DNA of 64,000 nucleotides from Octopus vulgaris (GCA_951406725.2 OX597816.1:95108001-95172000); one strand, 5' to 3'; shown: positions 13,353 through 26,869, counted from the stretch's first letter. Translations and numbers: made by a program. The notes: generated from the letters alone by a model not told the origin.

Positions 13353-13616
13353 AGGCGCAATGGCCCAGTGGTTAGGCCAGCGGACTCGCGGTCGTAGGAT
13401 CGCGGTTTCGATTCCGAGACCGGGCGCTGTGAATGTTTATTGAGCGAAAACACCTAAAAGCTCCACGAGGCTCCAGCAGGGGGTGGTGATCCCTGCTGTA
13501 CTTTTTCTCCCACTCTTTCTTCTGTGGCGTCATTCGAGGGCTAAAACAATGCGAACGCATTGTGACCAGCGATGTGTAACTACATCTGATGGACTGGTCG
13601 GTCACGTGATCATGTG

Positions 13617-13691
<75 letters not shown>

Positions 13692-13826
13692 TTGTGTGTC
13701 TGTGTGTGTGTATCTTTGGGTCTGTGTTTGTCCTCCGCCATCACTTGACAACTGGTGGTTCGGCAAAAAAGACCGACAGAAAGATGTACCAGGCTTAGCA
13801 AAAAATTTAAGTACTGGGGTCGATTC
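13083..13826 (+). mobile_element. Family B SINE interrupted by a foldback and a family C SINE
   Basis: Head gtgtggtaagaagtt..ggttccgggttcagtc. The tail ..cacttgacaac..ggttcggcaaaa..ggggtcgatt resumes at ~13680. Confidence 0.75.
13351..13620 (+). mobile_element. tRNA-derived SINE (family C)
   Basis: ggaggcgcaatggcccagtggttagg..ggtttcgattcc head with A/B-box-like motifs; near-identical head at 46983. Confidence 0.8.
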
Positions 13827-13959
13827 AGAAAAAGAATTAACGGTATGCGTTTGCCTTATGATTAAAAAAACACATGACAAGGTATCTTTCGCCCGATCTT
13901 CATTATCTTTTGCATCAGCTTTGTATTATTTAAGAAAATATAAAATATTGTATTCATAT

Positions 13960-16004
13960 AGGCGCAGGAGTGGCTGCGTGGTCAGTAGCTTGCTTACTGC
14001 CGGTTACCCAGAATGCAACTCTTGTTGTTCTGGAGTGTTACAGTGAGAAGACGCGAGTTTTAGCTCTGTGAATAAAAAAGAACAAATAGAAAAATTGTCA
14101 ATTATGGCTCGCTATAGCGAGCAAAACTATTGTGTTCTCATCACCATAACGGGGAATTGAGAATCTTTGTTATAAAATTCTTTAGTGTGGCTTTTTTCGC
14201 CAAATAATTTGCAAATTCTAGTGGGCGTATCTCGCTAGAAAAAGTGGAATTTACCTAACTGGAGTACTTTAAGGATAACCTCGACTATTGGATTACCTGT
14301 TGGAGTAATATACAAAGGATTTCCTGTCTGTTCTATTTGTGAGGTTTTCTTTTATTTTTCCCTTCTTCCATTTTTTCTTTCTTTCTAAATTTTGGTTCAT
14401 TCTTTTCATTATTTTAATTTCAGTTTCCTTTCCTTCTCTTTTATTTTGTTTTACTTCTATTTTTATTCGGTTTTAATTTTTTGGCGGACTGTTTTTTTAA
14501 CTACTTTTGAACTGTTTTTTGGACATGGCAGAGAAAGGACTTAAAAAGAAGAACTCTGTCTTGGAGTGGGAAATTAACCCGCCTAAGCAGTGGATAAAAG
14601 ATATGGAGGAGAGTACGGTAGTGGTTAGAACTTATTCTAAAGTGCTTGATTCCATCACCGTCTTCCCAAAACCAGTTATAGAAAATGAACTGAAAGACTA
14701 TTTGTCCTTTGTGAAATACATATCCCGTGGTGTCAAACATGCAACCGAGAAAAGGCTCGCAATTTTGCAAGTCAGCCTTTAGAGGGCAACGAAATTCTGT
14801 TCCTCCCGTCGTACTGCGGGAGGAAATTAATAAGAGCCTGGGTATGTGGGTTACCCCCAGCCATCGAGGTGGGTTGGATTGAAGATTACCATCCGACGGG
14901 GACTGGGGGATAGCGGGCCCAGGCACTTAAATGTAAGGGTATTGCTGGCGGTCGATTGGGAAGGGTCAAAAGCGATTTTGACCCTGTGGACCCCATCAGT
15001 TCAGCCTCCTCAACCCAAAAAGGATTAAAAAGGAAGAAGGCGAGAAACTATTGTTGGCCGTCGAAGGACCCCAAGGCTTCGGGAAGTGGGGTAGAGACTC
15101 CGGACAAAGCGGAAGAGCTCCACTCTCCCGAATTCAAGAAGAAAAGAAAAAGAAGAAAGAAGAACGAGTCATCACTGGGGGAGATGATGTACCGTCTACA
15201 TGTCCCGAAGTTGTGCCACCCACGGTGGAAAAAACGACCCCCACCCTTAAAGATGATGAATTAATTATCTTTTTCTACAAGGGCGGGGAAGTGGCAAAAA
15301 TAGTAGAAGAACATAAAGAAACAGTAGATATGCCCTTCACACAGGATCCCGAATGACCTCTGCAGATAGCTGTGGAGGTCATAAGGTTTCCCTTGTGGGA
15401 AAGGCTTAAAGGATTTGGGGAGTAGTGTAACATATGGCCGGGTGGCCCTTACATGACTTACATGCCCTACATGAGTGAGGCATGGGAAATGGCGGAATAC
15501 AGGAACTTAAGCGGCATTGAAGATAATGATGACTATATCGATGAGTAGTAGGAGAAAAAGCCTCGTTAGAGGGTTTGAAACCTCATCTTATTGTATTATT
15601 TGTAGTGGTTTATAACCTCAATTGTGTGTTTAAAAAAAACATGTTCAGTAAGAGGTTTTAGTGCCTCCTTCTTGTACAGAGGTTTGAAACCTCATATTCA
15701 TTTAAAAATAAGAAAATATGTTTTCGAGAAAAATTCAATCGGCGGGTGTTGGGTTTCGTCTCTCATTTATTCATTTTATTTCATTTTCATTCATTAATAT
15801 GTTTGTCCAGCCCGCAAAGCTACTCAATCTTTGTACTGTCTATATAATAAATTTTATGAAATAAAGTAGCTTGCTTACCAGCCCCATGGTTCCGGGTTCA
15901 GTCCCACTGCAGGGTACCTTGGCCAAGTGTCTTCTACTATAGCCTCGGGCCAACCAAAGGCTTGTGAGGGGATTTGGTAGACGGAAACTGAAAGAGGCCC
16001 GTCG

Positions 16005-16059
<55 letters not shown>

Positions 16060-16205
16060 ACGCCCCCATCACTTAGCATTTCGGCAAAAGAGACCGATAG
16101 AATAAGTACTAGGCTTACAAAGAATAAGTCATGGGGACGATTTGCTCGACTAAAAGGTGGTGCTCCAGCATGGTCGCAGTCAGATGACTGAAACAAATAA
16201 AAGAA
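13960..16205 (+). mobile_element. Family B SINE split by a 1.87-kb insertion
   Basis: Head 13960-13997 continues colinearly at 15879-16205. Confidence 0.85.
13998..15864 (+). mobile_element. Unclassified retroposed element with disrupted ORF and 14-bp TSD
   Basis: AGTAGCTTGCTTAC at 13984-13997 and 15865-15878. Broken reading frame at ~14526-15545 (MAEKGLKKKNSVLEWEINPPKQW.., Lys-rich patches). 3' end contains AATAAA; no RT motifs seen. Confidence 0.75.
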
Positions 16206-16593
16206 TATGTACAAATTTTTTGATGTATGATATAGTCTTAAAAAAAGCAAAAAAAAAAAGAACGAAAAGAAAAACCCAAAACATTTTCCTTTGTTGTTTT
16301 TAACATAATTTTGAGTCCATTTGAATTTCCTATTCTGGACTTAGCTTATAATTAAAATAAAAATGACGAATACAAAAAGCAAATAAGAAGTTAAACTCAT
16401 TCTTTCACATGCTTGTGTATTAATTTTAATTCAAAACGAAAATTTCATAACAGTTATTACTAGGGTGTGTTGCAAAATATTCTAGGCTCTATGAAGAGAG
16501 GAGGCAGTTGGGAATTTTACTTTGTTTTCGACTGATTTGTATTGTTCGTGACAGTTATGCATTTTTTCAAACAAAACTATATACATCCATATA

Positions 16594-16650
<57 letters not shown>

Positions 16651-17304
16651 AGCACACACATATATATATATGTATGTATATATATACACACATACATACA
16701 TGCATACAAAATGTACATACAAACTTATACATACAAACTTATGTAATGAGATCTGCATATGCAATTACACTCATGCCTACAGTCATGTGTGCATGTGCAC
16801 ATGCACAAGCGTAATTATATGTACATATATATATATGTATACACACATGTATGCATTAGAATCTGTAGGATGTGTGCATCTCTCTCGCCCTCAATATATG
16901 TATGTGGGTATGAGTGTGTATATATATATATATGTATATATATACATATATATATATATATGTATATACATATATGCATGTGCATGTATATATACATATG
17001 CATCATATATATGCATGATAAATATATGTGTACAAACAAAAACACACATATATATGCATATATACATACATATGTATGTATAATGCACACTAACAAATAA
17101 CCCAACTCTCTCACACATTCATATGTGAGAGGGAATGAAATGCTTCTTTGATTACTTTGAAACTTTTCAGGTGATATTTAAGAAATAGGAATTAATGAGC
17201 AAGTAAGAGATATATTTGCATTATCACGTGTAGCGTAAACTATAATTTGTAGTGTGGCATGTACATAATGTCATTTGCATCGGTAAACAGCAGTTTCAGG
17301 CATA

Positions 17305-17430
17305 TCTTCTTCTTCTTCTTCTTCTTCTTCTTCTTCTTCTTCTTCTTCTTCTTCTTCTTCTTCTTCTTCTTCTTCTTCTTCTTCTTCTTCTTCTTCTTCT
17401 TCTTCTTCTTCTCCTCCTCCTCCTCCTCCT
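17305..17430. repeat. (TTC)n then (CTC)n microsatellite
   Basis: Visible array. Confidence 0.95.
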
Positions 17431-20400
17431 GTTCCTCCTCATAACAACAACAACAACAACAATAATAATTATTATTATTGTGTGCTGAAACGAATAGACG
17501 TCGTTAGATAAGCGGCGTAAAGGAAGTAATTAGTATCAAGATTACTTGTCAAGAAAAAATTGCTTTTTATTCTTATAACCATCAAATAGCATTAAGAATA
17601 TTTGAACATTTAACACCTTGCCTGAGTGAGCCGAACGGCTTGTTTTTAAACATTTTTAACTGTTTTATGACAACAACTACATTCCGTCCATCATTTGAAA
17701 ATATTTTATGTCAAAAGATTCGACTCAGCTGAAGAGAGCTCAAGGAAAAGCCAAAGAGTTAACCGAGTTATATTACAAAAGACTGCGCCTTCTTGCTCGA
17801 TGAATAAATCCAGGCAACAGAGAGAAGAAAATGAAGTATCACATAGTGTGGTGTTGCATATTTCCCAGAGAGTCCTGGCCAATGTGTAAAAGAATGCATT
17901 CCATCGATTACGAATGTGGCAGACTTCGTCTCCTTTTTAAGTTTAACGACGAAGCTAGGATGCTGACTCACCAGATGATCCACACACCAGTTCATTGGGA
18001 AGTTTCAAAGTACAAAGCTCTCAGGAATCCAGGGTCCACAGCTAAAGATATTGACACATATGTCGACACCTATGCACAACAGAAAGGGTATATGTAGAGC
18101 ACCAAGGTGATCCACATCGAAATGGGGGTCTGTATTGATATCAAGATATTAATAACCACCAGAGGCCTCAAGAATATTCTGGAGATGTACTGTATTGAGA
18201 CCGAAAGTCAGTCAGAGTGATCAGAAAACTTAGTTACTGCTTGTGTGGCAACGAAAAAGGACACAAAAAGCAGCAATGATACCACCACCACCACCACCAC
18301 CACCACCATATATATTTTACATATAATATTATATACACCTTCATAAAGGAAACGAAACGCTAACGATCACAGATAAAAAATTCAAAATAACAGAAAGGCA
18401 GATATTTCTCATTGGTTGAGTGGTCACATTCGGCTGTACTGTTGCTTTAAAATATCACGTAGAATTTAAGCAATATTACCTTATATGATATATCAGAGAG
18501 ATTACATTCAAAGTGCTATATAAATCTGATATAGCGTAAAGTTCTTCAATTAAAATATATAAATGAATAAAGTAGAATGTATTTTCACGCCCTAACACAA
18601 ACATATTCATTCAGGAACGAGAACAAAAACCGATCCGCTTCATTGTCAAAGTAAATATGGAAAATGAAAGATCGAGGAGAAAACACACGTAACAGAGTGG
18701 CAGTAAGTGAAATTTGTGTACAATCGCAAAATTTAACACTGAGTAAAAATGTTAACATTGGCGGATAGCATTATAAATATAAACAAGAGAGAAAGAGGCT
18801 GCCTATTTTTGTTTGCACACAAGTCACGCTATGATCCTTGAAGCATCACTCTGTTATGGATACATTCCAGCTACGAACCAGTTAAATAGCTGATAGCCGA
18901 ACCAGTTAAATAGCTGATGGAACTGAAATATTCGTCATCCCTATTCAAATATATTCAACACACTCCCCCATGGCTATCCTGCTCTGTTTGATTGTATCTT
19001 AACCCCACCAGCAGGACCGGGGCACTTCAAATTCGGTGAGCCCCTCATACACAAGAATTAAAATCTTGAAAAATTCGCCAAATATAATCTCAAAACTCAT
19101 GTACTACATGTAATGAATTTGACGTGTTAGCAGAGAAATTTTAAATAAACAGCTGAAAATGTTGCTTTATAGACACACTTTTCAAAATCCAAATTGTTTT
19201 CTCACACATCCACTTGCAGTGTTTGACTTTTCCTTCATTGTGAAAAGTACAATGAAGGAAGGAAGAAGAGATTGATATATTTTTCTCTAATGCGAGTTAC
19301 AAATGTTTCAGAATGTAGAATATGATAAAAGGACAGAAAATTACGAAAAAGAAAAATATATCATTTTAGTGGTTGTTGATGTTCCAAAGGTACAATGAGT
19401 GTGTGTGTTTGGGTGAGTGAGGTGGGGGACAAACATTTAAAAGACGGGGCTGTTAAAAATGTTTGTTTTAAAAAAGTCTTCCTTCATTGTTTTGCAAAGC
19501 GTGAAAGAAAGGGAAAATCCTGACGTAAACGGTGAAATTCCAACATATATAACAGCTATTCCAAAAGTCTGCTTTTGTCTTGTAAGGAGTGGTGAGTAAT
19601 TTTTACTGCATTTTTGATTTTGAGGAAAGAAAAATGTTTTTAAAAATGTTCACCACCGAACAAAAACTATATGAGCTATACAAATGACCTTCTCTAAATG
19701 CATTAAAAACACTATAACATATTCAGAACTCTATTTCATAAAATTATCCCCGTTCTCTTTGAGCATTTGAAAGACGAATTTAGATGGGGCAAAATGAGTA
19801 CGACAAGATAAAATAAATGCCCCTTCAATTCTTGAGAATTGCCATTAAAAAATACCCCCCTCCCCCCCAAAAAAAAACTCATGCACATCAATATTGATTC
19901 TTAGAGACAACAAAGATAATAAATTTTGCAAAAATTAAAAATATCTAGGGAAAGAGACACATGAAAAATGGCATTATATGAAATTAACGAAACTCGACTA
20001 AATCAAAAACCTCAAAGTCAAATATTCTCTACAGTTTTTTCACAATCTGCAAGAGTGGCTCTCGGAAAAATTCTGGTTTAAGCACCGCCATATAACCTCT
20101 CATAAACGTTTTTTATTTTTTCGAATTTTCAAAAACTTTTGCGAATTTGTGTTCTACAAAAGGGAATTCATACGACTAAATCACAGTTTAAAATAAGGAC
20201 ATTCCGAATTTTTTTCCCAACAATTGATCATTAAATGTGTTTATAGGAAGAAAGATATTAAAAAACATCAATACTTCAGAGTGGTGACAAACAAACGAAG
20301 CGGGAACCAAGTGGTTCTGAGATGTGCTAAAAATAACAGCTAAATAGCCCTTAAATCACACAAAAAACTCTTTTTGTTTTTTTTATAACCATATGAATAT

Positions 20401-20877
20401 CTGTGTGTAGAGTATGATGTCGCAAAAATCCTGTTTGATTCTCTTCCTGATACATTTATACACCATGTCATTAAAGAGAAGAAATTATAAAAATTACTCA
20501 TTACTCATTATACCCCAATTTAGCCATAACTTTTATTTTAAATTGAAAATTATCTAATTGGACATTGATGTGGGTAAAACCTGATGTGCACTCCAATAGA
20601 GAAAAGAATATTGCTTGTTAAACACCAAAAATTATCAAGATATTTCATTAGCAACTTCAATTACAATTGGGTCAAAGTTGAGGAAACATTTCTTAAAAAA
20701 AAATGTTACTTGACTGTTTCAAACTCTCTCTAATGCACAACATCTATGGTGACCAGTGTTTACTCCCAAAGATGCTGCAACAGTACAATATGGTAAGGCA
20801 ATACTTTCAATGTAATTGTTTCAAACAGGTAGTGAGAATACTATTTTATGTTTTTGAGATGAGGAATTACGTACATT

Positions 20878-22115
20878 ATTTACAATGGACAGATAGGTGT
20901 CCTCACTTTGTTGTTATGACAATGTTTCGGCTGATGTACTCGCCAGCCTTCATCAGGTATTCTGGTAGAATTTTGAACCCAACCCTATATTTGACCAATG
21001 GGGTACACTGTTCTTATTTCTAAAGTATGTTGCTGATGTTATTTTTCTGTTGATATTATTTTTCAAGTCCCTGCCTGGGATCGAACTTAGAATTTGAGAA
21101 TGGGTGGGAAAGGACAATCAGCTGGCATTCCTGGGGGTATTCATAACATGCACTGAATATGGGTTCATGACATCCGTATACCGCTAGCCAACCTTCACTG
21201 GACAGCGTCTAAAACAACTGCTCAGTGCCTAAAACATCGAACAAAGACTACAAGTAGCAATCCTGATGCACACCAGGAAGAAATGATCAGGCTGAGAAGC
21301 AATCTGCTATGCAACAACTACCCAAAGAACATACTATCCATCCAATTAAGAAGAGGAGAGAGAAGATGAAGCCCATAAACTGGGCGCACTCTGTCTACCC
21401 TATTTCAAGCTTCTCGGGAAAGATACAAAAGATATGCGGTCCATATGACATCAGGATAGTATTCAGAAGTAATACGACACTTCGCTGATATCTTCTCCGA
21501 GTAAAACCTCCCATAGAAGAGAATGTGACCAAAATCTGCGTGTACTCTATCCCATGCAGTTGTGGTAGGTTATGCAAAGGCGAAACATACCGCCCCCTTA
21601 AAGAAAGAGTAGAAGAACATCGAAAAGCTGTGACACGGGAGGATGTTGAAAAATCGGGTATAGTCGATCATGTATGGGAAAAAGAGACCACCTCCCGCTG
21701 TGGGATGAAGTTAAAATAATCGACGGAGAGCCCCACTAGAAAATACGGGCTGCACATATGCTAGGACACAATAGCCTCCTAAGTAGACCTAGTGCGGATA
21801 TGAATGTAATATGGGAACCAGTGTTAAGAAAAGATAAAAATACTAGGTTTATAAGCCCTAAAAATTCACTCACGGGCATATAACATAGTGGACGAGGGCG
21901 CGGGCTACTCACCCTCGGATTCTAAGTTCAATCCCAGGCAGGGACTTGAAAAATAATATCAATAGAAAAATAACATCAGCAACGTACCTTGGAAATGAGA
22001 ACAGTTTATCCCATTAGTCAAAGGGTTAGGGTTAGGGTTAAGGCTGGAGAGTACATCAGCCGAAACGTTGTCATAACAATAAACAAGGTGAGGACACCTA
22101 TCTGTCCTTTGTAAA
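20878..22115 (+). mobile_element. 5'-truncated Penelope-like element with inverted pLTR
   Basis: RT C-terminus KDNQLAFLGVFIT..TSVYR*PTFTGQ at ~21110-21205. GIY-YIG CVYSIPCSCGRLCKGETYRPLKERVEEH at 21525-21719. 20878-21092 is an inverted copy of 21919-22115. Confidence 0.88.
20918..20960 (-). ncRNA. Hammerhead-like motif in the PLE pLTR
   Basis: Minus strand CTGATGA-aGGCTG..CAGCC-GAAA-CATTG-TC. Stem I pairing is poor. Confidence 0.4.
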
Positions 22116-22560
22116 AAAAGTAGTGGGAAACTGGTAATTACTCATTTTGCCCCAGATACCAATTCTACCCCGGCGAAAAATATTGAGAAAGAAAGAAAGA
22201 TGAGGATTCGATCTATTGAAAGAACTTGTGAACATGAATGCAATAATTCTAAAGCTGAAAAAATACCTTTGTGCTGATCAGGGATGTAATTTAATAATGA
22301 AAACAAAATTTAAATTTTGGAACATTCCTTACTTGCAATTTTGTGAAATAAGACCAGTTTTCAATGCCTGACTGCAATAACGAAGTTTACAAGTAGCGAG
22401 TGCGTGTGTGTGAGTATGCGTGTGTGGCTTTATTTGACATCAGTCATTCGAAGGTCATTGTCTTGTCATGAGTTGAAACAAGGAATTTCAACCACAGACA
22501 GATTAAACCTCTTTCTTTCAATCTATTTCTTTATCTCTATATACATTCATATACACACAG

Positions 22561-22626
<66 letters not shown>

Positions 22627-23902
22627 TTTCGGGAGTAGAGTCTTTTTCCTTTTCTGTGTCATAGTGATACTAGTCCACAAATGGGGACTGATATCACTAA
22701 AGTAGAAACAAATCTATTGTTATTTTGAGACTGGTAGCAAGCTGGTGTTTTTTTTATTGTTGCCGCTAAAGTGGGAAAATTTATGGTCATTTAACGTTAC
22801 AGAGATTCCATTACATTTTTTTAGGATGTCGAGATATTTGTAATTTGAAAGACAACCTCTTCATACAAAATTGCTGGGAGGTGGAATGGCCACCTTGAAT
22901 TGAGTGCACCATATGCTTCGATATCAAGGGGGCCTATTATCGAGGAGGCTCGGAGCAATTGCACTCTTGGTACTCCCATAAATCCGGCCCTACCTACCAG
23001 TCTCTTTACTTTCTTTTTTTCACCTCCTTCAGTACTCATCTGTCGTATTCCTCCTTAACCATGCAAATTGGTTATACTGGAACAAACCGATTACATACAA
23101 GGTTTTAGAAAAATGCACCGCCCGCGAATACAAGTGCATACATGCCGCACAGCCATGAAGCATTGAGAATAATTTTATGTATCTGACAACTTCCTATACA
23201 GGATTTAATGTTTGGTTATGTAACTACCACTAAATCCTAAAATGAAATTTCGGTGGAATTTACAAACATTAATTATACTCGTCTTGAAGAATCTATATAT
23301 CTATCTTTATATGTTTATGTGATGCGCATCTTGCTTTTTGTTCCCAAATCCAGTATATGTGACCAGCTACGGTTTTCTTGTTCAGTTTTATTTCAAGATT
23401 TCTTGCCAATAGAGAAAGAGCCGGTTTGTATGTATGTATGTATGTATGTATGTATGTATGTATGTATGTATGTATGTATGTATGTATGTATGTATATCTT
23501 TTACCAGCATTTCGTTCATCTTTGCGTTCTGAGTTCAATTCGCAACGAGGTCGACTTTCAGGGTCGATAAAATAAGTATCAGTCGATCACTGAGATCGTT
23601 GTAATGGACTAACTCCCTCCTCTCAAATTCCAGGCCTTGTGCTCAACGTAAAAAGGATATATTTATTTTTTCGCATATGTTCCTTCACTAAGACTTTTAA
23701 AATCTTTTTGGAAAAGTGTCACGAGCTTTGATGATAATTGTACTGCTCTGCATGAATGAGGTCGTTCGATTTGTAGAATTACGTCTTCCTTTTAACTTCA
23801 GCAGACCTGTCGTTCTATCAGCAAGTTGGCTAAAAATACCTCATTTATAAATTTAGGTCCATATTTGTATACGATACTAATACCTTACACCTTTATTTAA
23901 TG

Positions 23903-24345
23903 CTTGCAGTATCGCCCGGCGTTGCTCGGGTTTGTTTCGACCCTTTACAATAGGCATTTTTGAAAAGCAAAAAAATTGCATTATGTAGCTTGTTATTCCC
24001 TTTGAGTGAACATTTTTGAAAAGCAAAAAAATTGCATTATGTAGCTTGTTATTCCCTTTGAGTGAACATTTTTCTGGTTGAAATACACCGAAAAATGGCG
24101 ACACAGCAGTCAAAAAATTGTAAAAAATTGAGTTTTTCATAGAAAAAAAGCACCTTTTTGATGTAAATAATTTTTGGTGTTAACATGGTCCGAATTGAAT
24201 TTTTTCTTCCACGGAAGGAAGAGTTAGCCTTCTTCTATCATACTCTCAATCTTGGTCATTTTGTGCCGCAGGGTTTCGGAGATAGTGTTAGTTGAAGGCT
24301 ACCAAACTTGCCATACACAGGCAACTTCAGCTTTATATATAGAGA
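23903..24345 (-). mobile_element. Non-autonomous Helitron-like element with internal 56-bp tandem duplication
   Basis: Minus-strand 5' TC-TCTATATATAAAG and 3' GC hairpin CCCGAGCAACGCCGGG before a degenerate CTAG. Duplication at 23955-24066. Confidence 0.65.
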
Positions 24346-24375
24346 AATTTGATAACATTTTTCTGTTATAATATA

Positions 24376-24567
24376 ATATTAATATTATCTATTAATATTA
24401 ATTAATATTAATATATTAATATCATCTATTAATATTAATTAATATTAATATATTAATATTATCTATTAATATTAATTAATATTAATATATTAATATTATC
24501 TATTAATATTAATTGATATTAATATATTAATATTATCTATTAATATTAATTAATATTAATATTATCT
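24376..24567. repeat. AT-rich ~37-bp minisatellite
   Basis: About 5 copies of atattaatattatctattaatattaattaatattaat. Confidence 0.9.
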
Positions 24568-25448
24568 GTGTTATTACAATATCAACAATGTTATATGTAT
24601 CAATCGTACGACACCTCTCATATTCAAATGTGTATTCACTGAAATTTCAAACCTTTACTTCTTCCTCTACTTCTTTCAAATTAGCCACCTCATACATGCA
24701 GTTCACTCCTTGATTTTCTATCAGTTGTACTCTCTTCGGTATTTGTAGTTTAGTTCACGCCAGGAGGATTTAGACCTGTGGGAACAATAACTGAATATTT
24801 CATACTTGAAATTATCCATCCAGTTCTATTCTTGCCATATAATATTTTCGAACAAGCAGCATTATGCAGTGCAATGTAATATCGTGTTAAATACAGAATC
24901 CAACCCATTTATCCATCCCCATTCCTCAGCGGATCCCACCACTCCATGTAATCCTCTTTGCCAACGTATTATATTACGATTCTGTATTGACATTCATCTT
25001 CATTTATGAAATATTTCTTTTCTTTCTCATTTTTTCATTTTTCTTAAAACATTTTCGTTATAACTATATGGTTTGCGTGCTCATGTGTGCGTACGTACGC
25101 ATGGTTTTCTGCGTGTATGCCGACGCACAAAGACAAGTCTCTCTCTCTCTCTTTATATATGGCCCCAGCCTTAGGGCTGATACACATAACAACATATATG
25201 AGTGTGTATGTGTGTGTTTGTACATATTTACACACACACACATGCACATACACACAATTATTTTTTGGAATAATGGATCAGGAAGCAACTATAGATAATA
25301 ACGTAAATACTGGGTTGAAAAACCATTTTTAGATAGAAAAAGTTGAAGGTTGCTGGTGGGACACGAACTCACGTATGTTTTCTTGAAAGTTTATAAAATC
25401 CTTATGACGCTAACAATACATACCTACGTTCATACATATATATATTTA

Positions 25449-25845
25449 CTAGCAGTATCGCCCGGCGTTGCTCGGGTTTGTAAGGGAAATAACTATATAA
25501 GCATTTTTAGAGAGTTATAGCCAAAAAATAGCAAAAAATGCATTAAAAATGGAAAACAAATTAAGGTAAATTTTTTTTTAAATCGTTGACACATCGTAGA
25601 TATTTTTAGAGAGTTACTTCCCTTATATAATAGCGAAAGAAATGCATTAAAATGGAAAAATATGATAGTAAATTTTTTTAAAATCGTAGACTCATCGTAG
25701 ACGCACGCTAATACCCAGAAGGGCTCGATATGAATCACGACTATAAGATACCCGGTTTTGGTTACACTGCACCGCAAAATGTGGGAGTAGTTAGGAATCT
25801 AAATCGTAGGAGACAGACACACAACTTCACTTTTATATATAAAGA
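25449..25845 (-). mobile_element. Non-autonomous Helitron with intact termini
   Basis: Minus strand A|TCTTTATATATAAAAG ... CCCGAGCAACGCCGGG hairpin - CGATACTG-CTAG|T, inserted between A and T without a TSD. Confidence 0.8.
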
Positions 25846-26359
25846 TATAAGCCACGTAGTTATATACACATACTTTGTTATATACACATTCTTAAAAGAA
25901 AATGTTATTTTGAACACAACATTTATAAAGAATAAAATATTTTTTGGTTTTTCTTTTAAACGGATGCATACATTTATTAATAACTATATATAAGTGTCGT
26001 CTGTTTATACATAAACACTGTTTCATACTGCAAGCTCGGCTCGCCAATTAATACTACCAAAATTTAACGACAGAAAGTAAAATAAAAACCAATTTACCTT
26101 TTCTGTATTGTTATAGCAATTCGACCGTCCGTGTGTCTTTGCAAATGTGTTGGAATGAGAAGTGAGTTGTGTTTTGGCGCCTTTTTTACTAATAACAAAC
26201 ACACACGTGTTTGTATGTAGTTGTTTGAAACGTTTGTGTTTGTCACTGTCATATATGTATGTGTATGCGTGTGTGTGAGGAATGACACACACACACTCAC
26301 GCACGCACACATGTACATCAATGCTTTCGGAGTGAAATGTTAAAATATTGAGTTTTCTC

Positions 26360-26869
26360 GAATTTTGTCTTAATTGGGGGTAAAATTGAAAGAAATTTTG
26401 TATGGCATGACCCAATGGAAGTACTTTGAAAAATCATGGGTAAACTCTAATTGAAGAAATTGTGTGAGGAGTAAATCGTTATGTATTTATTTGTTTCTGT
26501 TTGCTGTGTTTTTTTTTTTTAGTAGTTTTATCGAAATAGTTTCACTTTAATCGTTGCAAACTTGCAAAGAGAAAGTCGTAGAAATTAGAGTGATAGCGTG
26601 AGTGAATCAGATCGCTCCCTTTTTGTGTGTGTGTGTGTGCGTGTGCTATAGCCCACACTAAGAAAAGCACTTGACTCACACACCACAATGTGAGTTTACT
26701 CTAAATTTTGCTTAATTGGGGTTGACATTTTTAAAAACTGGACTTGGCACGACCCGATGCATTCTACTCTTAAAAATGCTAGGTAAATTGTAATTGAAGA
26801 AATCCTATATTGTAGATTTCTACAAGAGACAAAGGGAGGCATATAAAATCTGCCTTTTATAATAAGAGA
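26360..26869 (-). mobile_element. Partial Helitron-like repeat
   Basis: Similar A|TC-TCTTATTATAAAAGGCAG end at 26869. ~100-bp internal direct repeats at ~26360-26460 and ~26703-26803. Confidence 0.4.

Noticed and set aside
13351-13425. tRNA-like sequences at SINE 5' ends (also 46743 and 46983)
   Set aside because: They continue into SINE bodies and lack a clean cloverleaf and terminator, so they were not called as tRNA genes
17690-18240. Possible RTE-like LINE tail
   Set aside because: Too decayed to show diagnostic motifs
18876-18918. Short direct repeats (20 bp here; 23 bp at ~55820-55882)
   Set aside because: Ordinary local slippage duplications with no further structure
22022-22040. 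True or interstitial telomere
   Set aside because: Only three units, located inside a PLE terminal repeat
24376-24567. Regularly spaced ~37-bp repeats as a CRISPR array
   Set aside because: No unique spacers, no cas genes, eukaryotic context
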